Shown: piece by piece, positions 9,315 through 18,149 of the stretch
How positions within the stretch are numbered: the first letter of the stretch is position 1
Layout: every line of letters starts with the position of its first letter
Assembly (NCBI GenBank): GCA_043754515.1
Contig: JAYUUO010000008.1
Location: forward strand, 1 to 19,610
Length of the DNA: 19,610 nucleotides
Direction of reading: 5' to 3'
Source of the DNA: Armatimonadota bacterium
GTDB taxonomy: Bacteria; Armatimonadota; Armatimonadia; Armatimonadales; Armatimonadaceae
Program-made: the position numbers and the translations under genes
The notes under the pieces: generated by a model
The model's database searches: none
Seen by the model: only the letters and a program-made list of their open reading frames with translations
What the model was told of the DNA's origin: nothing

Positions 9315-10919
9315 CTACCCACCCCCCGTCAGGAATATCGCGCCCTGAGTCACGATCGTTTCGCCGCCCTTCAGCCCGCCCGTCACCGCGACCCGGTTTT
9401 CGCCACGCTGGTCGCCGAGCGTGACGGCGGTGCGCTGGTATTTGCCGTCGCCGCTCCGCACGAAAACGTAATCCTTCTCCCCGTCGTGGACGACGGCAGA
9501 GAGGGGACAACCGGCGAGGACGCGATATGACCGCGCCTGATCATCACTTTCGTATTACATGCCGTCCTTGAGCCGCCCATCGCCGGAAATCTCCGTGCGT
9601 ATGGTGACGGTGTGGGTCGCGGGGTTGAGTTGAGACGCGATGAACGAGACGCGTCCGCGCCCATTCCAGCCGGGGAGGGCGTCGCTTGTCACCGTCACGG
9701 GCGCGCCTACGCGGACCCCGGCGGCGTCCTTCTCGTACACGTCGGCGTTGATCGCGATTCGGCTCGGGTCGGCGAGAGTAAATAGCATCTGGGTCGGGTC
9801 GGTGACCTGTCCGGGATTGGCGGAACGATCCACCACCACCCTGGCGATAGGCGCGAGCAACGCGACGCTACCGTCCGGCGACGGCTTATCAAGTAGCGCG
9901 AGCGTGTTCCGGGCACTGGCGAGATCCTGTCCGGCGGCGACGCGGTCGCTCTCGGCCTGTTGTAGGTCGCGCAGGATCGCGGCCCGCGCCAGGCGTAGCC
10001 CACGCTCTGCCGCCTGCCGCTGTAGTTGCGCCTGCTGGTAATCGCTCTCGGCGGCGCGGATGCTCTGCTCGTCATACAAGTGACTGGATTGGGCCTTGGT
10101 TTCTCGCGTGAGTGCCCGCTCGGCCAGCCTCACCTTCTCGCGAGCCGTGTCTGATGTCGTCTTCGCCTTCGTTACCGCGTCCTCGGCGGCGTCGCCGTCC
10201 CGACGCGCCCCGACCCCGATCTCGACCAGTCTGAGTTGCCGGTCGCGCTCGCGCGTCACGGTGGCGAGGTCGGCGCGGGCCTGAGCCTCGTCCGAGCGTG
10301 TCCCGGCGAGCAACGTTTCCGCGTCCTCGAGCGGCTTCTGCGAGAAGCCGCCGATCTTAGCCTGGGCACGGACCCGCGACAGGATACCGGCGGATGACTT
10401 TTCATGAGCAATGGTCTGCTCGAGCGCGGCCCGAGCCGCCGTGACGTCGGGCGTTCCTAGATCGAACTGCCGTTTCACGCGCTGGTACGTGAACAGTGTG
10501 AGGCGGAGTTTGTTAGCGCTCTGGCGTTCGGTCGTCACGGCGGCCGCGGCGTCGGTGCTGTCCATGGTGGCGAGTGTTTGCCCTCGCCGCACCGTGTCGC
10601 CGCTCCGCACCGACACGGAGCGTACCTGCCCCGAGAGACGCGGCGCGACGCGCGCGAGTCTGTCAGGGGAGAAGTTTGCCTGCCCGGTGACGCTAACAGT
10701 GTCATCGCCGGCTTCCACGGTGACCGGAGCGGTTTTGAGTCCGATCAACTTGCCGCCGGTCGCCGAGACGCTCCCCGGATCAGGAGTCTTCACGGCGTCG
10801 CCGCTCCGTGCGCTTGCCTGAGGGGAGCAACCGGAGACCATCTGTCCAGCGGCGCATGCCAGTGATACCGTGGCGAGAGCGGCTCCGACGAGGCGATGAC
10901 TATAGGGATTGCTCTTCAT
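9315..10919 (-). pseudogene. RND efflux periplasmic adaptor (CzcB/CusB/HlyD-type), interrupted by a premature TAA at 9555-9557
   Basis: Lipoyl halves VAPRLSGQVRSVSVRSGDTVRRGQTL and APIARVVVDR..PGQV, then ADVYEKD and GRVSFI. Family-like C-terminus PLSAVVHDGEKDYVFV...GLKGGETIVTQGAIFL continues past the stop to TAG at 9315-9317. Confidence 0.88.
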
Positions 10920-12214
10920 GGTTTTGTACTTCCTTCGCTATTAGAGACGGGATTACTCGCGCTTAGATCGGAGACGGGCGCGCCTGCGGCACGCTCAAGC
11001 CCGACGACGGCGCGGCGGTAGTTCGCAATGCTGGCCGAGTAGGCGGCGCGGATGGTCCTGTAGGTGCTCTGCGCGTCAATCAAGTCAAGTATTGTGCTCG
11101 CGCCGAGTCGGTAACCCTGTTCGACGCGGGACAGGAGCGACTCGGCTTGCGGCAACGCGCCGTCCCGGAGCGAGATTATCTGCCGCTGTCCCTGCTCGAA
11201 CTGGTTGTAGGCGACCTGGGCACCGAGCAGAATCGCCTGACGCTGTTGCTCGTTCTGTGCTTCCTGAGTGCGAGAGTCGGCGTTCGCCTTCGCCACCGCC
11301 CCGCGCACACCCCCGAAATCCCACAGCGGGAGGAGAAGGCCGACCTGTATGTCGCCCGGCCCTTGCAAGTCGCGGCCCATCACCAGGTCGGGGTAATACT
11401 GCGAGCGGGCGAGTAAAGCGGCGGCGCGGGCGGCGTCACGTTGCGCGATGCCGGAGCGTAGTTCGGGGCGTCGGTCGAGCGCGAGCCGCGCGATTGTTGC
11501 CCTATCTACGGAGACAGGAGTGAAGACGAGCGGATCGGCGGCGTCTATCGGGGCATCCGTCGGCTGACCGAGCGCATTATTCAGCGCGGCGCGGGCGTTG
11601 CCGACGGCGGTTACCGCCGCGGTCAGGTTTGTCTCCTCCTGTGCGAGCGCAATACGCGAACGGAGCGCGTTTGTTCGCGGCACCGCACCGAGGGTGACTT
11701 GCTTCTCGGTCAGGTCGGCGAGCCGTTGCGCGACCGTGAAAGCATCCCGCTCCACGGCCAGAGCGTCGTTCGCCGCCTGCAAATCAATGTAGGCACTGGC
11801 TATCGTCTGTGTCAGACCGAGCGACGCGGTGTCGGCGTCGGCGTCAGCCTGCCGTAGCACTGCCTTCGCCTGACGCGTCCGGTAGACCTGCCGTCCGCTC
11901 GTTTCGACGGTGGCGATTAGGCCGTAACTCGCGCCCGACGCGTACCCGTTTGGCGAAGCGAAGTTATTGCCTGGTGCCCCGTAGCTGATCGTCGGGTTGA
12001 GCGGCGCACGCTGGCTGATGAGGTTGGCTCGTGCGCTCTCCCTGCTGTATCGGGCGATGGCGTTCTGCGGGTTGTTCCGCCGACCGAGTTCCAGTGCCTG
12101 GCTCAATGTGACGCGGCCCGCCGCAGGCACCGCCAGGATGTCGAGCGACGTCTGGGCGAACGAGGGAAGGGCGAGGCAAGCAAATAAAATCGCGGAGAGG
12201 GTCAGTCGAATCAC
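10916..12214 (-). CDS. TolC/CzcC-family outer membrane efflux protein
   Basis: Signal peptide (SFA-Q), TLSQALELGRRNNP, RRPEL, YYPDL, LPLWD, YRLGASTILDLIDAQ. ATGA overlap with the adaptor gene. Confidence 0.92.
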   Translation of the reverse strand: MIRLTLSAILFACLALPSFAQTSLDILAVPAAGRVTLSQALELGRRNNPQNAIARYSRESARANLISQRAPLNPTISYGAPGNNFASPNGYASGASYGLIATVETSGRQVYRTRQAKAVLRQADADADTASLGLTQTIASAYIDLQAANDALAVERDAFTVAQRLADLTEKQVTLGAVPRTNALRSRIALAQEETNLTAAVTAVGNARAALNNALGQPTDAPIDAADPLVFTPVSVDRATIARLALDRRPELRSGIAQRDAARAAALLARSQYYPDLVMGRDLQGPGDIQVGLLLPLWDFGGVRGAVAKANADSRTQEAQNEQQRQAILLGAQVAYNQFEQGQRQIISLRDGALPQAESLLSRVEQGYRLGASTILDLIDAQSTYRTIRAAYSASIANYRRAVVGLERAAGAPVSDLSASNPVSNSEGSTKP

Positions 12215-12250
12215 AGATAACGCTTATCGGATGCCCCCGTCTCGTGCAAG

Positions 12251-12292
12251 GGGGGCGCGACAAACGGCACCGGGGACGCGACAGGTGACACA
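12251..12292 (-). promoter_or_regulatory. Putative LytTR-binding direct repeat upstream of the efflux operon
   Basis: Two imperfect copies at 21-bp period (gggggcgcgacaaacggcacc / ggggacgcgacaggtgacaca, 15/21 identical). The minus strand contains GCCGTTTGTC, which resembles the AlgR-type LytTR site. Confidence 0.55.
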
Positions 12293-12300
12293 CGAGCAGT

Positions 12301-13089
12301 CTAAGGCAGACCCAGCCGTCGTCTTAGTTCGATGTAGTGGGTGCGCCCGACGGGGAAATCTCGCCCGCTCTGAAGATGCACGGAGTAGGAGTGGTTGCCC
12401 AGAAAACTGAGTTCGCAAATTTCGCCCAGATTCACCAGGTAGGAGTCGTGAATCCGACAAAACTGGTCGGGAGGGAGAATATCCGCTAACTGCGTGAGAG
12501 TGTGGAACGCTCTGTGCTCTGTGTATTGCCCGTTCGCCCCTTTGTCGTAGAGGTACACCTTTTTGTCGCGAGCCTCGGCGAAGACGAGTTCCTCCCTCTT
12601 CATTAGAAGCACCGCGTAGTCGCTACGAATAGGCAGGTGTCGGGGGTAAGTCAGCTCCTCCCGTATCGTTGAGGAGGCGTTTGCTGTATCACCGGTTACT
12701 TGATCAGCGGCCATCGGGAGAGCCAGACGCCTTCGTAAACGGGTCAGGGTGGTTAATAGACGCTCGGCGGAGACCGGCTTGAGCAGGTAGTCTACCGCGT
12801 CGTACTCGAACGCCGTGGCCGCGTACTTGCTGTAGCCGGTGACGAACACGAGTAGCGGCGGCGCGGGCAACATGCGAAGCGTGGTCGCGGCGGCGATGCC
12901 GTCAGGCCCCGGCATCTGCACGTCGAGAAACAGGGCGTTGGGACGCAGGGCGTCACATTCCGCAAGTGCCTCCGTGGCGTTCCCGCTCTCTCCAATGATA
13001 GTAACCCCCTGTGCCTCAAGCTGGCGGCGCAGATAGGCACGCGCGAGCGGCTCGTCATCCGCTATGAGCGTGCGCAAGGAGGTTAGCAC
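12301..13089 (-). CDS. LytTR-family two-component response regulator
   Basis: REC domain (IADDEPLAR, FLDVQMPG, FVTGY, DYLLKP) plus LytTR domain (FCRIHDSYLVN, PVGR). Confidence 0.95.
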   Translation of the reverse strand: MLTSLRTLIADDEPLARAYLRRQLEAQGVTIIGESGNATEALAECDALRPNALFLDVQMPGPDGIAAATTLRMLPAPPLLVFVTGYSKYAATAFEYDAVDYLLKPVSAERLLTTLTRLRRRLALPMAADQVTGDTANASSTIREELTYPRHLPIRSDYAVLLMKREELVFAEARDKKVYLYDKGANGQYTEHRAFHTLTQLADILPPDQFCRIHDSYLVNLGEICELSFLGNHSYSVHLQSGRDFPVGRTHYIELRRRLGLP

Positions 13090-13620
13090 GCGGGTTTCTC
13101 CTGCCGAGTAGCGACTGCCGTCTCGGAGAGCGGGAGGCGGAAAGCGATCAGCGTGCCCCGCCCCGGCTCGCTGAAGATCCGGAGACGGGAGCTGCGGCCG
13201 TATTGCAACCGCACTGCCGGTCGAGTAATATCAGTCCGTGAAGGCGATCCGATGCCACATTTAAAGCCGACGCGCGTTGCTCGCGGGACATCCCCGCGCC
13301 GTCATCGGCGACCGCGACCAGTAGCCGCCCGTTGCCGCCGCGAGCGGTGACAGTGACGGTTCCGCCGCGCATCATGCGGGAAACTCCGTGCGTAACGGCG
13401 TTCTCAACCAGCGTCAGGAGCGAGAAGCGTGGCAGGTTGGTATGCGCCACCGCCGGATCAACTTGCCACCGGACCCGTAATTTTTCCGCGAACCGCAATC
13501 GCTCGATCGCGGGGTAGGCGGTGACGGCGGCGACTTCCTCGTTGATCGGGATCGCCGAAGTGTCCGTCTCTAATACCCGCCGCATCAGTTCGCTCAGACG
13601 CAGGGTTGCCATCTCCGCGA
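13083..13620 (-). pseudogene. LytS/YehU-type histidine kinase remnant (no sensor or H-box, frameshift near 13214)
   Basis: LSELMRRVL, IERLRF, LPRFSLLTLVENAVTHG, VADDGAGM. After LDRQ a one-base shift gives RLQYGRSSRLRIFSEPGRGTLIAFRLP...TAA at 13083-13085, overlapping the regulator's start. Confidence 0.88.
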
Positions 13621-13839
13621 CCAGCACGCTACTGTCTTCGAGAAACGTGTTGCCGAGTGGGAGGAGATGTTCAAACACTTAACTGGTTGTCCATCTTGAG
13701 TGTCACGCCGCTATTCGGGGCCGAGTTCGGCCGGAAGGCCACGCCATACAGTGGCCGTTTAAGGTAGTATACCCGCGTTAGACGTGGCCATTTTGTTCCC
13801 GCGTCTTTGCGGCGACGTGGAAGGAATGCGATACAGGAT

Positions 13840-15639
13840 ATGCAACGAAATCAATCACAGGCGGTATTGATCGCCTCTACTGCCTTATTGATAGGAGGAA
13901 TTGCGGTTACTACTCCCGCCCAGGCGCGGCAGGAGCGTGCGAACTACGACGGCAACGGCGAGTTCGCGACGCGCGTACGCGAGTCTAAACATCCGCGCCT
14001 GACGGTAGTGATCTCGATTGATCAGTTCCGCGCGGACTACCTGCGCCGCTACACGGATCTGTTCCTGCCCGCGAAACAGGGCAGCGACAAAGTCGGTGGC
14101 TTTCGCTATCTGATGACGCAGGGTTCGTATTTCGTTGACGCGCGCTACGACCATTATCCGACGTTCACCGGTCCGGGGCACGCGGTTATCCTGAGTGGGG
14201 GAAACCCCGATAAGACGGGCATTATCGCGAACGATTGGTGGAACAAGACCAGCCTCGCGCCGATGTACTGCGTGGACGATCCACGTTACAAGGTCGTGGG
14301 TGCCGCCGCGGGTAGTACAGCGAAGCCGATGGGGCCGCTGAATATGCGGTCTACAACGGTCGGTGACGAGTTGAAGTTAGCCTCGGCGGGCGTGTCGAAG
14401 GTGGTGACGCTCTCGCTCAAAGATCGCGCCGCAATCCTGCTCGGCGGTCATACCCAGGACGTGTCTATCTGGTTCGACACTGTCGGGGGGCGCTGGATCA
14501 GCAGCACCGCGTTCTGCAAGAACGGGTCACTGCCGACCTGGGTGGAAGGGGTGAATAACGAGGCGATCCCGGACAAGACACTCGGGACGACCTGGAACTT
14601 CTCCGAGTCGTCCGAATCCCTCGCCCGGACGATTCCGCCGCGCCTCGCCGCTAACCGCGAGCCGTACGGCATGGGCCTTACTTTCCCGCACGCCATCGGC
14701 AAAGAGAAGACGAAGGCGAACTACGGCGCGTTCACGCTCACCCCATCCGCCAACGCCTACGTCTTCGAGACCGCAAAGCGCGCCGTGACGGCGGAGAAAC
14801 TAGGACAGCGCGGCAACACCCCCGATCTGCTAGCGATGAATCTCGCCACGAATGACTACGCGGGGCACGCCTTCGGGCCTTACAGCCTGGAACTGCTCGA
14901 CATAACGGTGCAGACAGACCACCAGATCGCTGACTTCCTTAACTTCCTGCAAGCCACGGTGCCGGGTGGTCTAAAAGAAGTTGTATTCGTCATTACGGCG
15001 GATCATGGCGTCGTTCCCGCGCCGGAAAACCTGCAAGAGCGCGACATCACCTCGGACCGCGTGCTGGAATCCGCCATCAATAATGCCGCGCTCAAGGCAC
15101 TCAGCGCGGCGTTCGGCGAGGCCAACTGGCTCGCGCACGGCGCGGACGGAAAGCCGGTCGGCTATATTGACCCATACATGAACTTGGATGACGCGGCAAT
15201 CACTCAAGCACTTATATCCGGCAAGGCGGCGTCGCGCGGACAGGTCGAGGAGGTCGCGGCGCGCGCCATCGCGACAGTTCCTGGGATCTATGCCGCCTAC
15301 ACGCGAACCCAGATTATGGAGGGGAGGCTCCCGCAAAACGGGATCACGCGCCGGGTGGTACACGGGTACCACCCGAAAGTGTCGGGTGACATCGTGGTCG
15401 TCAGCGAGGGGCTGTACTTCACCGACGCGGGGCGACCGGGGCCGTACATCACGACGCACGGGAGTCCATACGCCTACGACACGCACGTACCGATTCTGAT
15501 CTCCGGTCCGGGGATTCGCGCGGGCGTGTGGACAGACCCCGTGTCGCCGACCGACATCGCACCCACGCTCTGCGCTCTTCTCGGGATCGAGTTACCGAGC
15601 GGTTGCGACGGGACGATACTTCGGTCGGCGTTGAAGTAG
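13840..15639 (+). CDS. Secreted alkaline phosphatase superfamily protein, PafA/PhoK-type
   Basis: Signal peptide, VISIDQFRADYL, Thr-nucleophile motif PTFTGPGHA, SLKDRAAIL, NDYAGHAFGP, TADHG, THGSPYAYDTHVP. ATG at 13840 follows cagga. Confidence 0.92.
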   Translation: MQRNQSQAVLIASTALLIGGIAVTTPAQARQERANYDGNGEFATRVRESKHPRLTVVISIDQFRADYLRRYTDLFLPAKQGSDKVGGFRYLMTQGSYFVDARYDHYPTFTGPGHAVILSGGNPDKTGIIANDWWNKTSLAPMYCVDDPRYKVVGAAAGSTAKPMGPLNMRSTTVGDELKLASAGVSKVVTLSLKDRAAILLGGHTQDVSIWFDTVGGRWISSTAFCKNGSLPTWVEGVNNEAIPDKTLGTTWNFSESSESLARTIPPRLAANREPYGMGLTFPHAIGKEKTKANYGAFTLTPSANAYVFETAKRAVTAEKLGQRGNTPDLLAMNLATNDYAGHAFGPYSLELLDITVQTDHQIADFLNFLQATVPGGLKEVVFVITADHGVVPAPENLQERDITSDRVLESAINNAALKALSAAFGEANWLAHGADGKPVGYIDPYMNLDDAAITQALISGKAASRGQVEEVAARAIATVPGIYAAYTRTQIMEGRLPQNGITRRVVHGYHPKVSGDIVVVSEGLYFTDAGRPGPYITTHGSPYAYDTHVPILISGPGIRAGVWTDPVSPTDIAPTLCALLGIELPSGCDGTILRSALK

Positions 15640-15652
15640 GGCGGGTGTTCTC

Positions 15653-16606
15653 CTACTGCCCCGACTCGTCCGGCGGAGTCGGGGCCGCTTGCGGCGTCCG
15701 GGGTGCCGGTTCCGGGGTCGTCGCACTCGAGGACGGCTCGACGGGTGCCGCGCCCGCGTTTACGATAGCACCCTGCGGCACGCCCACGATTCGGATCTTG
15801 TCAAGGTGCTTGTACCGCACCAGGCGCGGCGTGAGCGACGCGGCCCGAATGCGCGCGGCTTTCGCTTCCGCCTCGGCTTTCGAGACCGCCGTCTCGTTCG
15901 CGATAGTCGCGAGCTGCTGATTGAGTGTCGAGAGTCGGAGGTTCTGTTCCGCGACGAGGTGCGTGCGTAGCGTATCCTTGGTTGCGTCGTCGGGCCATAT
16001 CGCCCGGATGCGTACTTCATCCACCAAGATGGAATCACCGTTCAGGACGCGGTTCAGTTCTTTTTTCGCGTCCTCGGCGGCGCGCGTCTTGCCGTCGCCG
16101 GTCATCGCGTCCACCGTGCTCATCTTCCCGAACGCGTTAGAAACATACTTGCGGAAGAGTGGGCGTAGCTGATTCTCCTCGAACGCGTCGAAGCCGTTCC
16201 CCAAAAACTGGGAGCGATACTTCGCGTACAGGTTCTTGATCTCGTCCTCGTGCGCGGGGTCGAACGCGAGGTGATACGTCACCGATGTATCAACGTTCAG
16301 TGTGTTCGTTGACTGCGTATTCACGCGCACGCTATCGTCCCCGGTGTGCGCACCCTCGCTACTATTGCGCACCATGGTGTAAGTGCGTTTGTGCGTCGGG
16401 ATCTCGACCATCTCGTAGCCGGAAACAGGGGGCAGGGGGTTGAAGCCAGCGTGCCGGATGTTGCCGTCCACTTTGCCCGAGTAGTGGTTCACGACCAGCC
16501 CGACGTTGCCCGTCTTCACCACGGTGCCGCAACCGCTCAGCGCGGCCGCCGCTACCAGCAGAGCACCCGCGCTCAAAACTCTATTCAGCTGTGATCTGTT
16601 TTTCAC
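15653..16606 (-). CDS. SPFH/band-7 (prohibitin-like) lipoprotein
   Basis: Lipobox ALSG-C, VKTGNVGLVV, LNVDTSVTY, ILVDEVRIRAI, coiled-coil KAEAEAKAARIRAASLTP, Pro-rich tail. Confidence 0.82.
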   Translation of the reverse strand: MKNRSQLNRVLSAGALLVAAAALSGCGTVVKTGNVGLVVNHYSGKVDGNIRHAGFNPLPPVSGYEMVEIPTHKRTYTMVRNSSEGAHTGDDSVRVNTQSTNTLNVDTSVTYHLAFDPAHEDEIKNLYAKYRSQFLGNGFDAFEENQLRPLFRKYVSNAFGKMSTVDAMTGDGKTRAAEDAKKELNRVLNGDSILVDEVRIRAIWPDDATKDTLRTHLVAEQNLRLSTLNQQLATIANETAVSKAEAEAKAARIRAASLTPRLVRYKHLDKIRIVGVPQGAIVNAGAAPVEPSSSATTPEPAPRTPQAAPTPPDESGQ

Positions 16607-17448
16607 TTTTTTATCATCCCCATAATCTGGTCGGACGGCAGGTAGATCGTGTCTACGCGCTGGAGCATCTTGTCCTGCACATACAGGTCGGTGAGTGCCG
16701 AATCCTGAGCGCGGTTGATCCGTGCCTCGGCGGTCGCGCGGAGGATAGCAGTCTGGTTGTCAATCGCCTGCTGGCGAAGTGTCAATTTCGCGTTTTCGAT
16801 GTCTTGCATCTTGGACGTAGTCGCCGAGAGCAACTGTTTCGCCTGCGCGTCCGGCTCTACGGCGCGGATCAGCAGGTTACGGAAGTCAATCCCGCGCGGC
16901 CCCCATTCCTTCTGCAACATGGTAAGTGCCTGTTGTTCCGCCTTCGTCTTGCCGACCGTAGTCAGCGCGGCGGCGGTATCGAGATCACCCATCGCGTAGT
17001 TGACCGCCTCCTGTATAGCGGGACGGATGTTGACGCGCTCAAACTCGCCCAGATTGGCGAATGTGTCCTGGTAGTCCTGGTAAAGAGCGGGTGCCTTGTC
17101 GCCGCGCACCGCATACTGCACCGTGACGTCGGCGGTGAGCATGTTGGAGGACGTGTTCACGTCAATCGCGGTGCCGTTCTCGCCTTTCCCTTCGAAGCTG
17201 AGCGTGCGTTGCATCGTCGGGACTTCGATAACTGTCTCCCAAACGCCCTGCCAGTGGACACCGGACGGCATGAGCGCGTCCTCCTCAATGCCTTTGTAGT
17301 TGTCAATGCGGAGGCCGACATTGCCCGGCGCGATGTAGGTCGGCCCCGGCATGTGCCCGCCCCGCGCGAGAGAGATGAGGAGGAACGCCGTGACTAACGC
17401 GATACTCCCACCCACCGCGCCAAGGCAACCGGTTCTAGAAACTTTCAT
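16603..17448 (-). CDS. SPFH/band-7 (prohibitin-like) membrane protein
   Basis: N-terminal TM helix, IAPGNVGLRI, LTADVTVQY, IRPAIQEAV, GIDFRNLLIRAV, RATAEARINR. GTGA overlap with the downstream paralogue. Confidence 0.85.
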   Translation of the reverse strand: MKVSRTGCLGAVGGSIALVTAFLLISLARGGHMPGPTYIAPGNVGLRIDNYKGIEEDALMPSGVHWQGVWETVIEVPTMQRTLSFEGKGENGTAIDVNTSSNMLTADVTVQYAVRGDKAPALYQDYQDTFANLGEFERVNIRPAIQEAVNYAMGDLDTAAALTTVGKTKAEQQALTMLQKEWGPRGIDFRNLLIRAVEPDAQAKQLLSATTSKMQDIENAKLTLRQQAIDNQTAILRATAEARINRAQDSALTDLYVQDKMLQRVDTIYLPSDQIMGMIKK

Positions 17449-17885
17449 AGCGGATTCTTTCTCTGCCGGATCGGTTCCGGCGACGGTGTCACGGCAATAT
17501 GTGTCCCGAGATCGTGATGAAGGACAGGGTCGCTAATTTCGCTCGGGGCGTCCTCCGCGAGCGGAATCGCGCGCGCGGCCTGTGCCGCCACTTTCGGGTC
17601 ATCGCTAGCGCGGGCGGGTATCACGAATGCCCCCACGTTGCAACTTGGACAACCCTGCGCCGTCAAAGGGCCGGCGAACAGCTCCCGACAAGCCACACAG
17701 AAGAGCGGTTCGCTCGGTGTGGCGAGCAAGCGCGCGAAGTCAGCGTAGCGTTTTCGTGCCTCGCGGACGGTATATTCTTGACGCAGTACCGCCCGGAAGA
17801 AAAACGCCCAGATCGCCATACAAAAAAGCCCGAGGAGCAAAAAGCCCGGAATTACAAATAACATCATCTTCACTATATAAGACAC
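17445..17885 (-). CDS. Hypothetical single-pass membrane protein with a CxxC-x12-CxxC zinc-ribbon motif
   Basis: Hydrophobic N-terminus, then CVAC...CPSC. ATGA overlap with the SPFH gene. The start may instead be an ATG near 17867. Confidence 0.75.
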   Translation of the reverse strand: MSYIVKMMLFVIPGFLLLGLFCMAIWAFFFRAVLRQEYTVREARKRYADFARLLATPSEPLFCVACRELFAGPLTAQGCPSCNVGAFVIPARASDDPKVAAQAARAIPLAEDAPSEISDPVLHHDLGTHIAVTPSPEPIRQRKNPL

Positions 17886-18149
17886 ATGTATGGGGGTTTT
17901 GTGGCTGATTCGGCGCGGAGACAGTAATATATTTTTCGCTCGCGAAAGGCTGTTATCCCCGCTCTTCGCCCGTCCAGCGGGGGGGGACGGCGCGCCCAGA
18001 CGCGCCGCCCGTGGCGCAAAAAACGGTGTCCAGAGGCCGCCTCGGATGCCTCCACCGCGGGGTGAGGAGAGCGGGGGCTACGCCCCCCTCCGCCATGACC
18101 CGCACCGGACATCATTGTCCTACTTTCCGAACTCAGATGCCGCGCGAGA

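Noticed and set aside
13621..13678. N-terminus of the 176-aa kinase ORF (MFEHLLPLGN...)
   Set aside because: No H-box or kinase similarity. It appears to be unrelated DNA beyond a deletion junction.
13709..13719. 11-bp match (cgctattcggg) to the minus strand of the second 37-bp repeat copy
   Set aside because: Too short to distinguish from chance in a 20-kb GC-rich window.
17950..18115. SAM, cobalamin or ZTP riboswitch, SRP RNA, tRNA-Sec or HDV-like ribozyme
   Set aside because: The conserved core motifs of these families were not found by eye on either strand.
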